Position numbers and translations under genes: made by a program. Below, piece after piece: positions 1 to 14,000 of a stretch of DNA of 64,000 nucleotides (its first letter is position 1; every line of letters starts with the position of its first letter). Under the pieces are notes generated by a model, which had not been told where the DNA came from, ran no database searches, and was given only the letters and a program-made list of their open reading frames with translations. Source of the stretch: Leptogorgia sarmentosa (lineage: Eukaryota); NCBI GenBank assembly GCA_964658305.1, contig OZ210885.1, positions 13,392,001 through 13,456,000 of the forward strand, read 5' to 3'.

Positions 1-2051
1 AAATTTGAATGTTAATAAGCTACTTTGGCATGTTTCTAAGGTATTCGTATCACTGAAGTTATTGTACACATAAATATACTCACTCCTCGCAATTGAAATG
101 TAACGTTTTCAAGTGGAAAAGTGTAATTCGAGACTTTCCCCTCACCCCCTGAGGCCATCGTATCACGTGACCAGCCCCAGCCAGGGTCTCTCCTCCCCTT
201 GGGGTGCAATAGGAGAGAGCCTGGGTACGAGGTTGGTTGCTGGCTTATGTTTTTACTCTGCGTTTCACTTTTACACGTTTCGACGTTTACAGTTAACCGC
301 TGGTTTGAAAATACGCAGTCGCTGGAATCCTCAAACCAGCTGTTGCAATTATTGTTTGAAATGAACAATATGTACTTTTGGTGAAGGTTGAGAGGTGCTA
401 CTCAAACAGACGTATCTGGTTTTCCCCAGAAATCATTTTACTACAGCTACGTTGTAAAACTGCTGTTTCTGGCATCAAACACAAAAAGAATTAGTGAACA
501 TGGTCCAATCACACGATACGATACCGTTTGTAAATTTCATAAACCCCCACTCTACCATAGCTACATTGTGGTCAAATTGTATGCATTGTACAGGGCATCC
601 ATACCAGTGGTACTGTTGGTAAAACTTGATAACAGATCGCGAAAGTTATAACCGTGAAGCAAGGGCCATGTATGGCAGTTGGGCTTCGTTCAAAATAATG
701 AAAATATACTTTGTTTTCAAATGTAGTCGATTATGTACACAGGTTACAGGAACGAATTCAGATAAAATGGTTGAAATGTAAGACATATTAAGAACGAGCT
801 CTCTTTCTCTCCAACCCGTTTCCGAAAGTTGAAATACAAATTTTTAATTCTTTTTTTTCACTGAGTATATACCGCACGAAATAAAGACAAACACCATTGA
901 AATCCTAATAAACTGATCTTTCAAACGGTGGGTCGCACACAACAAAAAAAAATTAAAATTGCATGATCGTCGGAAACGTAAGGCATTAGCATCTATCTGA
1001 GAAAAACAGAGTCCAATATGTTGAAATGCATCTCCTTATTTCTCCCTGAAGCAGCATATTCATGAAACCTGTTTTATGTTCGTGTTATTTGCACATATAA
1101 TAACATTTCTACAAGCTTTTTTGCAATTGTCAAAAATTTCCGCACGCGCACGGCATTTACTAAAACAGGATAAATTCGAATAAAACGAATTCGACCTAAA
1201 TTAATATGGCGTTGGAGAGAAAGAGTACTTTTCGTAAGTTATACATTTTTCTAAAATGTATTAACGATTATGCTGTACGAAACTGACGAAATGCTTCTGA
1301 ATTTCACATATTCGCTACGAAGCACAAGTTGAATACATACAGTGAATATTTAACTCATTGTGATGACTGCGTCGCTATTTAGAGTTGACTCCCACTCAAA
1401 TATGGAACGTTACGTGAAACCCAAGAACTGAAACGATATGCATCAATCCGCTTCATAAACGTTCTTGTATTAAAATGTGAAGCCAATTTTTTAGTAAATA
1501 GCGATGTAGACAGTGGCGTAACTACTAGGGGCCCAACCTGGCCGGGGGCCCTGGGAAGAGGTTTCTTCAGGGCCGTGGCTAATGTGAAATTCAAATAATT
1601 TTTATTGAAACTGAAGATGCAAAAAAGTTCGAAGTTAACAAAATGTTTGATATCATTCAGTAGCTAGCTGAAACAACTTTGTTGCCTTTTAAATTGTGCT
1701 TGGATGTTGACAGTATATTAATTGTTGTATATTACAGTCAAACTTTTACTGTTGTCATTGTTTCTGCTTTATAGGAACTTATTTTAGTGTGCTTCTTTTT
1801 ACGGAACGTTTTTGCCTTTTGGGTATAATTGAAGCAGAAGAGATGTTAAATTGCTATAATATGTTCGATAAGAAATAGCAGAATTAAAATCCGTACCCGT
1901 CAGCAAAATCTTATTTCTTATCGAAACTCGCACACTTTAATACTAACTTTTAAGCAGAGCAGAAGTCGAGAAAACGTTTATGCAAATTTTCGTTTACCTA
2001 TTCTGAACAACATTTTCATATCCTTGTTTGATTTGTGTTTAAGATGCTTAC

Positions 2052-5000
2052 CATCGTCTGTTCCAATAAACACTCGCTGATCATCTGCACTGAAATCCAG
2101 GGCATTAACTGCAGTCTCCCCTTGGAACACAAAAAGCTGTTCATAATTATCCATTCTCCTAAAGATGGTTCTTTGGTCCCACGACCCCGACGCTAGTATT
2201 GTTCCACTTTGTGACACAGCCAAACAGCTAACGACGCCAGAATGTCCCTGTAGTTGTTGAACTTCTCTACCTGTTTATAAAATAAGATAGCATGTACATA
2301 AAAGGTGTAATAGATCATTTTTACTCATATCGTTATTCGTTACTACATTGGGAGTATTTTTCAAAACATTGCGGGGATAAAATAAACGATTGAGACAAGT
2401 AACTACATTAACTAACCCATCAGCTACACTCTGTTTACACCGCTAACTTCCATTTATACTATTACGTCCCTATAGAAACTTAAACAGCAATGTAAGCGAT
2501 AGACAAACACCGAAACGATCTTCAATACTAAAAACAAAATAACTGTAATTTTGCGGAATTTACTGTGCCGTGTTTTACAGGCTTGTGTTTTCATTCGTTA
2601 CTTCTTGGGATTTCATAAAAGTATGCCCTCATCTTTGTTGTGCAAGTCCATAGATATATATCGAGCCAACTTGAACGCTTGGGTAAGACTCGCTATACCG
2701 GTCCCTGTTGCCTCGATAACTAAAGTGGTAGAGTAACGGTCAATGCCGAACAGTTTACTGAAACTTATAATATATTTACTGGTGTTTAAAATTTAGTGGC
2801 TGATGTTGGTGGTAGAACAGAAAGTAGATAATTGGAAAGCATGCATGAAGCTATAAACAGGAAATATTCTATACAGCGAATACCAATGATTGCACAGAAA
2901 TGTTGTCCTACTTGTATTTGTAATTACTGAACTTTCACATTTTAAAATTGGCAGATATCATTTATGCACACGATTTCTTAATAATTGTATGTTTTGTTGT
3001 TTAGAAGAAATAATATGTCACTCTGTCCGAATTGATTTTTATACTTTTATTAATATGTTGCAGACAAAAGCATTCCCTCCAGCCATTTGTGAGATTTTTT
3101 TATTTTTTACCCAGTAAACATTGATCCTCAGCCTACCATTTAAAAGCGAAGTGAAATACACCGATCGATTAAAAGCCTGTAAATTGTTGCCTATCAGTTT
3201 CTGGCACGAATATCTGGACTTAACTTTCCTCTTTAAAATGACCAATGGTTTGGTCTCTGTCAACGACATCACACTACCAACAAAGAACCTTAGCCAGGAT
3301 AGAGTAACAAGATCAACAAGAAACCCCGATACCATTGTCTTCCATCACAAAAGGTGCAAAACGATCACATATCAGAAGTCATTCATCAACAGATCAACCA
3401 GGGCATGGAACATCCTACCTGATGAACTTAGAAATCATTCCTTAACATTACAAAGATTTAAAACCCTGCTCTATGAATATTACACTACTGCTTTAGACTT
3501 AAACTATGATCCAGAAAACCCTCGGACATGGAAATCAATATGCTTAAAATGCAATACCGCCCGTAGCCTTGCTACACAATTTTCTTGTTGTTATTGACAT
3601 CTCTGTATTGTTAATGTATTTCAACTTATGTAAGTGTTTATGTGTAGAATTTTTGTTAAAAGGGCCCACAGTAATTGGTATATAGACTGTTGTGGTGACC
3701 CTGCTACTATTTCTGTGGCAAAGTTAAATAAATAAATCCCGTTCAAGAAATGACTGAATTAATTTTTATCCCAGCGTAAATCTGGATACATGTCTCTTCA
3801 AGTATCTAATCCAAATTTCAAATATCATCATATGACGACGACTACCGTACATGATTGGCTAATTTTCTATTGAATTATAAATTACTTTGAGTGTAAACTT
3901 TTGTTCCCTCACCCATATCAACTGCATTTTAACTATATTCTCATTTCAATGAATAACCAAGATTAAAGCTTTTGTTTATTAGCTAACTTGAAAAAGGCAA
4001 GTATATGAATATGTTTAAAATATAGTCATAATATATACGCTATAATTCAATTTATGTGCTTCCAAAACTGAAACTTTTCTCAAAAACCGTGGCAGTAGGT
4101 TACAGGTCTAAAAAATTTGGATAATTATCCGTGTAACGAAATGAGATTTGGATGGCGTAATATTATTAATACTTAGTTATTTGCGCGATATATGACGTAT
4201 GTATACAGGGGTTAATTTTACACTGCATCAATATAGTTTTTTTTAAATTTTATCAAACTGTAACTATCACCAGACGTTTCTGTCTTTCCTAATAGAAAGA
4301 CAACTGCATTGTGGATAAGTTAAAAAATGGTTTCACATTAATTTTGTAGCAGAGGATTGGGGAATTTAAGATCTACGACGTGACCAACTCGACGACGACG
4401 AGCTTTCGAAAAAACAAATTTTAATGCGGAACAAAAACCAAGCATAAACCGTGGTGTCTACGGCTTTTTTGTTATCAACGCAACGTAAAGCTATAAGCAT
4501 TATAACGTCTTCAAAGCAACGGGAAGGTTGATTACAACATGAGAGCTGTAACTTCAAGTTGACTACACAGCAACGATCGCATTGTCTATCTATTTAGTTC
4601 ATTATCAGCGCTAAAAACAAGAATTAAAGCTGAAGGCTCGCAAAAAGTTATTTGAAAAGAATCATTTGCACATCAAAGTTTTGTTAATTAAAATGTTACT
4701 GCAACGATTTTTTTCGACCTCATTTTTTTGCGTTAAATAAATACCCAGGTCGAAAGACGAAATTTGGTGTATAGATGACTTTTGTACGTTGAGAGGAAGT
4801 AGCTAAATTTCGCCTCCGAACTTCGATATCGGATGCGAACAGAACAGCCGCCATCTTGTCACCTTGTGACGTCACAAGTGTAACACGTTTAGCGAAGCTA
4901 CTAGTAAATTCTGTTACGTTAGAGCTATACTCTGTGTTTCTCGTGCTTTTTGGGCCGAAAAAAAATCTTTTCAAACAAAACTTGAACATAGGCATTTTAA

Positions 5001-8000
5001 GACAATATATTTTGCTCATGTCGAGTAACGAGTCTGGCGGGGACCCGCAATCGTGCGAAAGTTCCAGTGAAACTGACCCAGTGTCGGATGGCTCAGTTAA
5101 CTCGGGTCAGTTGGGCGGCTCGTTAGTTCATGTCACATCGCACTGCTTTGCTTACGACGCCGAACCTATATATATAGCAGAACCTTGGGAAACGAGTTGT
5201 GTTCCAGAAGATCCAGATGGATTGTTGCTAGCAACTATTGAACAAAGAAGCGACGGTAGAATAACTCTGGAACAGTGATAAGTGAAGGTTCAAGACTGTT
5301 TAGACTTTAGCCTAATTAAAATAGCCGACGTAGGCTAAATTTAAATTTATATTTCATTGCTTTTATTTAATATTCATCTGTAGTGATATAGCTATTGTTA
5401 ATTTTGATATCAATATCAATATATTGATAACAGTATAATTATTGTTTCCACATTACCGTTTCCACATTCTCATTTTCAATTATTAGATTTGTAAATACTT
5501 AAGCTGTGGCAGAATAAATTCATTCGATTTAATATGGAAAATTCATAGGAAGTTCATTTACCTTGTCTGTATGCTTAGTATTACAGTAGTTAGGGTTATG
5601 AAATTTCATCTGCGTTTGCTTATACGGTATAAACATTCATGTAAATCGTTGGGTGGAAATATTTTATTTTGTTTTTCAAACCAGCGCAGGAAGTGCACGA
5701 ACTACGAGTTGTACAAGTTGTTGTTGTCACATCGGGCATGTCGTCACTGGGCAAGTCAAAGGGTGTATCATCATCAATATCGTGACTTGTCATTGCCATC
5801 TCTTCAACTTTTGCTGGAGAAGACACCAACTTCACTGGCGACAATCTTTCACCGCCACGAATTACCTAAAAATATACGAATAATTTAAATATAAAGTGCT
5901 TCGCATATTAGTAAAATTTACCATGTGCATGGGCGAAGAATGCGCCTTTGCACGCATGATACAATACTCGTGTTATTTACCTGTAATCGTTTTCGCTCTG
6001 TGATCTGCTGTTCGGCCGGTGGTATAATTCCAGCTACATCAATCGTAGGAACAGCATCTTCTTTCAATCTCCTTTTAATATTTAGCGATTTTGCCAACCC
6101 TAGATTCATATCATAGCACGAATCTTGGAGTGGGCTGAACAATACCAAGAGGTCGCAGTAGCGTGAAAGACGTGTCTATGTTTCCGGACAAATTTCACGC
6201 ACTTATTCCGTCTCTGAGCATCTGTTTCTTCATTAGGGAATAGATGCATAGATATTTCTTCAGTTTTGCTATCATTGGCGCAGCTAACTAAGTTAGGACC
6301 GCCAGCAACGCAGAGTTTTCCTCCGCGAGTACCTTTACGTCTATTAGAAATATAGGCCATGCTGAAAATGTGTTACACTTGTGACGTCACACGGCATTAA
6401 TATGGTGGTCGAAAAGTTCGCACGGAAGTAGCCAAAAATTGCAACTTCGAAAGGCCACAAAATCCGTTTGAAAAGAGCAACTGTAATTCTGTTTGCGGTG
6501 AACATATTTGGAGAGTCAGTACTTTAAAATATGCCAAATAAAAAGGGGTCGAAAAATTCGTTGCAGTAACACATTAATAACCAACCAAAATAGTGTGATT
6601 ACGTATCGAATTTTCGGTTTAACCCAGATAGTAGCAATTAACATCCACTGACAGTTCGGTATTAGCCTAGTGGAAATTCAATTCAAATCTATCAAGAGTT
6701 GCAAAACAAAAGCAGTGCAATAGCCAAAACGGGAAAAAGTTCGAGGGTACAATTGTAGAAACTGCCTCTTAAGTCGAGCTGTGTATTGCTGTTAAGAATT
6801 TCAAGAACACTGGTTAATGAGTTTAAGCCCTCTAAAACGTCGCACAAACTACTTACGTTTTTTAGAATAATTAACTTTTCGCATGCTTAATTTAGGCTTG
6901 CATACCTGTCTCTTCGTCTAAGACGCTGATTGAACCATTCTTTAAACCACAAATGGCTAGAGTACAGCCTGCAGCATTGGTCGTGGCTAATGAGGTTACG
7001 GACGTATCAAACGTCTTTCGCGATATCTCAGAGCCTCCGAGATCCAGACACGAAGATTCCGGTAAAAGATAGCAGGTCTTCGTGCCTGTTTCACGGAGTT
7101 GCTCTAATATCGTTTTTATCCTTGGATACTCTTGATACGATAGCAGCCTGCCTGGAAAATAAATATACACAACAGTCTTATGATATATCCTGGCAAAATC
7201 ATAAAATTAGGCCTACATATTATCGTTCTTGCCTTTGCAACTTATTTTTAAAATGGATAGCTTTTTGATAGAAAAAAGTAAAACTGATAAAACAAGTTAT
7301 GATTTACATTATTATACATTTAAAATTTATTCTCGTTCCTGATTGGTCAGAAAGCACCGGCTAATTCTCAGTATTCGGTATTTATTACGCATTTTCCGTC
7401 GATGACGTCATCAGCGTCCAATAATTATTTTTTTGGATCGAACTTGCATCCAAAAAATATATTACCTTATTCGCACTTAATTTCGCGTGCTTTTAATTTC
7501 GCGATTTTCGCGATTGAAAAATAATCGCGAAATTAAAGTCGCGCGAATAAAAATCCTCGCGAAATTTAACCACACGAAATTAAATACATTAGTAAAAAAT
7601 TAGAATTGTTAAATCATTAATTTCTCAATATATATGATCAACAACAACACGTACAGCTCGCATATGAATTACAATAAATGTTAAAATTCAATAAAATTCC
7701 ATTGTTAAAAGTTAAAATTCAATAAATGATGGTTTTGAAAATCTGTATTTCGCGAAAATTAATGCCCTTTTTCTATTTTCGGTCATCAAAATCGCGAAAA
7801 TAAAGTCTCCCTAAATATGACTTCGACAAAATCGCGAAATTAAGTACCCGCGAAATTAAGTACGAATAAGGTATTGGACTCTCTCGTGCCCAAGCCCTAG
7901 CGCTGTCAAAAGCTTGAAGCTAAAAGCCCGCGAAAAAAACAAACAAACAATGGCCTGCAGCAGATTTGCTTCGCTGAATGAAAGTGAACTCTCTTTTAAA

Positions 8001-11000
8001 TGTATAATAAAACAATTATTCGATTCGGCTTTCGCATGATATCAAGAATTATTCAGACCTCGGTCAATGTTATCCGCCTCAGCTTCGCTTCGGCAGATAA
8101 CATTGACCTCGGTCTGAATAATTCTTGATATCATGCTCAGCCTCATCCAATGATTGTTTATTGTATAACAAAATTACGATATTATTTCTTTGAAGAGTTT
8201 TGATTGGTTAAGAGCTGTGTATGAAATGGTTATATCCGTTCGCCAAAAAACGTATATGACATTTGGACGTAATTTTTTCGTATATTGGAAACTCACATAC
8301 GACATTATTTTCAAAAATCTCGTCTATAATGGGAATTGTCTATAATATTATTGAATTCAGCTCTCATAGGACATGCGGAATTATCAGCTCTTTGCGTCTG
8401 CAGATAACACAAATCTCTGCTTCAATAATGAACATTAATAGTAGATGAATTTTCAAAACCTTTCATTTCTAAACGTCGTCGCGATTTAGTGATTTTCACA
8501 TAATGGGGCCATAGGAAAATTCAGAATCGAGTAGATCTCGTGCGAATATCAGAGTTGGCATTTGAAAAATTCCTAATGTACGTTAGACATACATAAATGG
8601 TGTCAGCCCGTTTATTATCTTATAAGCCAACGAGGAATCTCAAACCGTCGAGTCGTTCTTCTCTGCAATCCATAATACCCTTTGAAGTATATTTCTACCG
8701 CACGATTGCTTCACGGAACTGAATTACATCATTACTTGTTCTATTATCGCACAACATGAAACTTCGGTCAAGCTTCGTTGATAGTTTATGGTTGTAGAAA
8801 GCCAGGTTAAGGTGAAGTGATTAGTGCACTCTTTGCCAGACTTGGGCAGATGTTTTCCCTTACCCGAAGATGAGTACAGTATGGAATTCCCATGATTACG
8901 CATTGTTTGTTATTTTATATTCAGTCTGTAACCAAATAATACAGGTTCTGGTTGCGCATGACGGAAAGTAAGACAAGACAAGGGAAGGGAAGGTAAGACA
9001 ACGCAAGAATTGTGCACGTAAGGGAAAATTACGGGGCAAGAAAGGCCAAGAAAGAATATTCCATAGCAAGCTGAGGCATACAATCCTGGACAAAAGTTGT
9101 TTTAAATCCAACTCTTTCCTCCAGAATCCAATGTTGCCACGTGAAATCGCAACAAAACATTGCAGGGCTTTAGCAAACACGACGCGAAGTCAGCGGGAAC
9201 GTGACAATGGCGTGGCATGAGAGATTTTTTACTTCCCGTTTAGACTAGGACGTCGCACATGTTCTGTTGAGGACGGCATCTGGGCTGTTTTCCCCTCCTC
9301 TCCAGAACGTGACATATGAATGCTTGTGTTCAAACATATTTTCCTTGCTAGTTCTGAATTTTATTTTGATTGACAAGCGTACGTCTAAATAACTCAACGG
9401 GTTTTAGCTGCGTTAATTCTTAGCGAACGTTTTAATCGCCATAATAAAATGATCAAATTGTATACGTCGTTAATCGGTTCAATGTTAGTCGTTTTTTACC
9501 AAATGCCACATTTTAGAACACAAAAGTTGGATGAAAACAACCTGACGTTAAAATGAACAAGTAAAAATAGAAATAAGATGAATTTGCACCACTTGAACAG
9601 AAGAAAACAGATTTCATTTTTTTAGCCTTAAAAAACTGTCAATTGATACATATTCAAACACACGACGGAAAAGTTGGACCTAAATATGGATATTGATATC
9701 GAACAGTTTTACTGAACGGAAAATGAAGTATTTAACTTGTAAAAATTACTTGCAGATTTGCGATTTCAAAACCGCGGAAAGACCAATAAAACTGCCTTTT
9801 CCAAAGAAACACATTAAGTGTTACTCAAAAATCTTCAGAAAAATCTTCTTGCTCGATTTTTGCCTAGTTTATGACAAATTTAAAAAGACATAAACTACGC
9901 TTAATCCCTACCCAGATCCCGAAAACCCGAAAAAGAAAAGTCGGGAAAATATTGGGAAAAAAGTTTTAACTTGAAATCACTATAGCACGAATAAGCGTTG
10001 AACCGGGACTGAACTACAGGGTGTCTCAAAAAAAAGGTAATCGAACTTTGCCATGCCATTGTGCGTTAATTACTGAGTGTACGAACGTGATTTTTGCATG
10101 GTCATAAAGATCAAGGTCTTAGCAGTTGAATGACATATTTCTTGTACGATATGGAAGAAAATCAGGCAAATGCGAGCGTGTTGAAAAATCTCGGTGAAAA
10201 ACGCATTCTTTCACCTCTGTGCCTAATTAAAGCAGTGCATAACAAAAGAAAAATGCAATTCATCACGAATGTGTCATGGTAACAAAGATTTTATCAGGAT
10301 TATTAATAATTATGCATAATCAGGTGGATTGTTGAAGGGAAGGTCGTCATCTTCGAGTCCCAGAGGGAGTTTATTTTGAATAAGTTTAGCTGCAATTCTC
10401 AGAGGTGAAAGAATGCGTTTTTCACCGAGATTTTCCAACACGCTCGCATTTGCCTGATTTTCTTCCATATCGTACAACAAATATGTCATTCAACTGCTAA
10501 GACCTTGATCTTTATTTATGACCATGCAAAAATCACGTTCATACACCCAGTAATTAACGCACAATGGCATGCAAAAGTTCAATTACCTTTTTTTTGAGAC
10601 ACCCTGTATAAAATTGCGACAGACACATCGCGCGCCTAACCGTCCGAGCAAATTTCGAGCTCGCTGAAATTCTTCGAATGTTTACGAAAAGGAAATAAGC
10701 AGCGGCGTACAACAACATTGATTTTGGGGGGTGTGGAGTTACAACGCTTTTGTTCAAGATTGAATCTTGGACAAACGTTGTTGTAAACCATCGTCCCCCC
10801 CCCTCCCAATTCAAAGTTGACACGTGAAATCTCCCACCTTGATTTTGGGGCTGTTACAATTTTTTTTCCCACGACTGTAGCATGGGGGAAAGAATGGAAT
10901 GGTAATGATAATGTAAAGGTAAACTAAACTATAGGAAAACTGGATAAAATAAAGTTCATTGTTTTATTACCTAGCAGTTGTGGACAGATTGAATCAGCAT

Positions 11001-14000
11001 TCTTCTCGATAACGTGGGAAGAAAACATTAACGATGATTTGAGGAGTTGGGTTTCCTGTGACAACGAGGCGCCCAAAAAACGAAAATCTGATACTACGGA
11101 GGGTAGGTCAATGTGTTTCACTTTTTGTTGAAGCCAGTTTAAATCGAAGAACAGTTGAAGTAGTTCACCGTGTTGTTCAGAGGAGGAGATGTGATAGGGT
11201 AGGAACTTGAAGTAATAGTCTTTTTGCGCGGTAGTTGAATTTTCATTCCATTCACCGTTGACGCATTGGCCACGAAGTGTCTCCACAAACAAACGCTGAA
11301 CACCAGTTATTGAGCCCGTGACTTTAAGTTTTTTCCGGGCAAAATCCAGCAGTAAATCATGCACACGGTAGCTTGTCTTCTCTTGAAGTTGAGGTCCTGA
11401 AAAAAAGATTTTTGGGACGTCAAGCATCAATCAGTTACTGACATTGGTGCATTGACAAGCGATATCCAACGGACAGTAGGTTTTCGTTTTTCTAAAACTG
11501 ACTAATAAATAGTAATACAAACATAAAAACTGTTTTGCAACTTGACTTCTGACTTAAAGGACAGTTATTCAATGCACGACTTGCGGTTTAGAGTAATTTT
11601 AATGTGAGGAATTACTAAAACATCGCTCGTGTACCTTTTTGAATCATGGATTTTCTTTCAAGAGCATCAAGTATACGTCTTGATTTCCTAGATTCACACG
11701 ATGTTCTACCGGCTCCTTCTGCGGACCAAAACAGCTCCAGTACATCTGAAGGTATATTTGTATCTTCTGGAAATATACCAAAATATAGGAACTTTTCTTG
11801 TTCCCATTGTTCTAAGCGTTCAAAGCTAATATTAATGGCTGTAACGATGTTATCATAAGGATAATTGTCGGTGGCAACCACTGAATGAAGTTCTTCCAAA
11901 TCAGTAGTAAATCCATCTAAAATATCTTGCCAAGCCTGTTCCGACCGATTGCCGTTTAAATTTGAGCCAACAAGCGAGAGGGCCAGCGGCAGGCCTTTGC
12001 ACTGTTTCAATAGTTCTTCAATAATTTGCTGCATTTTTGGACTAAAGCTAGGCAGTTCATCTTGCTTAATCCCAGCACTTTGAAAAAATAGCTCCCGAGA
12101 TTTATCCTGTTCCATTATATCGAGTTCGTAGACAAAACCTTTTGAACCTCGGACAACATTGACATCTCTGGTAGTTATCAATAACTGACATTTTTCAGAC
12201 AAGGTATCAAACACAGCAACGTCGTTAACATTCCAAACATCATCAAGAACTACAAGACATTCTTTATCGCTCTGCAATAGATAGATACTGCATGTAAGAT
12301 ACTGCATGGTCTTTGCTGAGTGTCTTCACACTAGTAGACAGCCTGGAAATGACTTCACCGCAGTGCGACTATACCTTTCAGTTTATTAAAATTTTAGAGA
12401 GAGTTTAAAGGAACGCGCCACGTACATTATTAACTCCTATGCAAATCCGATTAAAGATATATTAAATAGTACTTTTAATTCAAGGGTTACACAGCGGAGC
12501 CAACAACCTCGAACAGCCAAGCGAAACAAGGATTGAATACAGGGCGTGTCAAAAAAAGTTTAGTGTAGGAAATATTCCCTAAACTAACGTGCGTTAACGA
12601 AATCTGTGAAAACGTTGAGTTAACCTATGTACATCTCGCACTGAGTTTATTAAATCTTTTTTCTATCATTTTTGGAGTAGGAAATGTGCTGCTGATGGGC
12701 ATTTTAAAAATGACTTGCGCACAAAAACTAAGCTCTTTTCACGAATTTTGATTCAATCGACTCAAAATATGGAGCATGTTGTACAAGTTATTAAAGTGTT
12801 GTGGAATTTGCTTCCCGCAGTGTTGTCACTGCGAGAACTGGATTTTGCGCTGCTTCCTGCGTGATTACCGATTAATTTAATGCATAATTGGATATTCATT
12901 AATTTTCAATGCAAATTCCAAGCTAATTCCCAAAGGTCTTAATTGCCGGAAGAAATTGCAGGAAATCCACTTTTCGGACATCGCGTGTTCGCCTCAGCGT
13001 GCACCAAACCCATGGATGACCGAGCGGCCTCCAAGACAAGTAACAGGTAAAGTAATACCATATTATTTGAATAATTATATGCATGTACCTTTTATAATAA
13101 TCTAAATAATATGCTAATGATTTAACCTTAACCCGTTTTCCGCTCCATTATTTCGCCAAAGCCGGCGAACAAAATTGACAAGGATATGATGTTTTATATT
13201 CATTCGCCACTGAAGAAATTTGTTCCACTTTTGTAGTTGTTGAAAATGTTCACTGTTGGCGCGAAAGAACGAGGAATTAGATTTCTCGGTGGCAAAATTA
13301 TTCGCCAGCGGCGGCCAAATACGTGAGTGGAAAACGGGCTTTACGCGAGCTTGTCCGGGAAGAATAAAAATAAGGCTTGTTTGAAATTGCTTTCGAACCC
13401 AAAAAATTCGAATGCATACATACTGTGTTCTTTTTAATCCAGTCTTGTGCTTCACGGATAACACTGAAAGGTTTTGCTCCACCAAGAACTTTTATTAAGG
13501 TGTTAATCAGTGCTAAACAGTCAGGAGTTTCCCCAACATCAAGCCATATCACTTGACGTGAAACTGAAACTTCCCATGCGACAGCCAGAGCTAAGATGGT
13601 CTTACCCAGACCCCCCATACCACGGATACCAACGACGTCACCGCTGCGACTTCCCACCACACCAACTTTACTATTTCCCTCCGTAAGTAACTTCAATATC
13701 TCGTTCACTTCTGATGGTCTTCTCACCATGTCACGAGGTAGACTGCGTAAACCATACCAGCCTAAGGTAGGAAATAAACGAGTTATGCTGGTTGAGTACA
13801 ACTGAAGCTAAAAAATCTATAATAAATGAATGGAGATCATTAATTCAAGAGATATCTCTTCTCAGGTTTTTAAACAGTTCAACATGACTTGATATACACA
13901 TGCACCAGAACTACAAAAACAGAAAGTTGTCCTGTATTTAACATCTATTTTGGTAAAATATATCTTTCATGGTGATTATTACAAGAAGTGTCCTAACTTT

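Noticed and set aside
36..1594. Further WD40 exons of the STAND gene
   Set aside because: No convincing WD motif with compatible splice sites was found by eye.
4266..4315. Hammerhead-like remnant (GTCTTTC/GAAAGAC stem next to GAAACGTC on the minus strand)
   Set aside because: The CUGANGA core is not recognisable; at best a dead copy.
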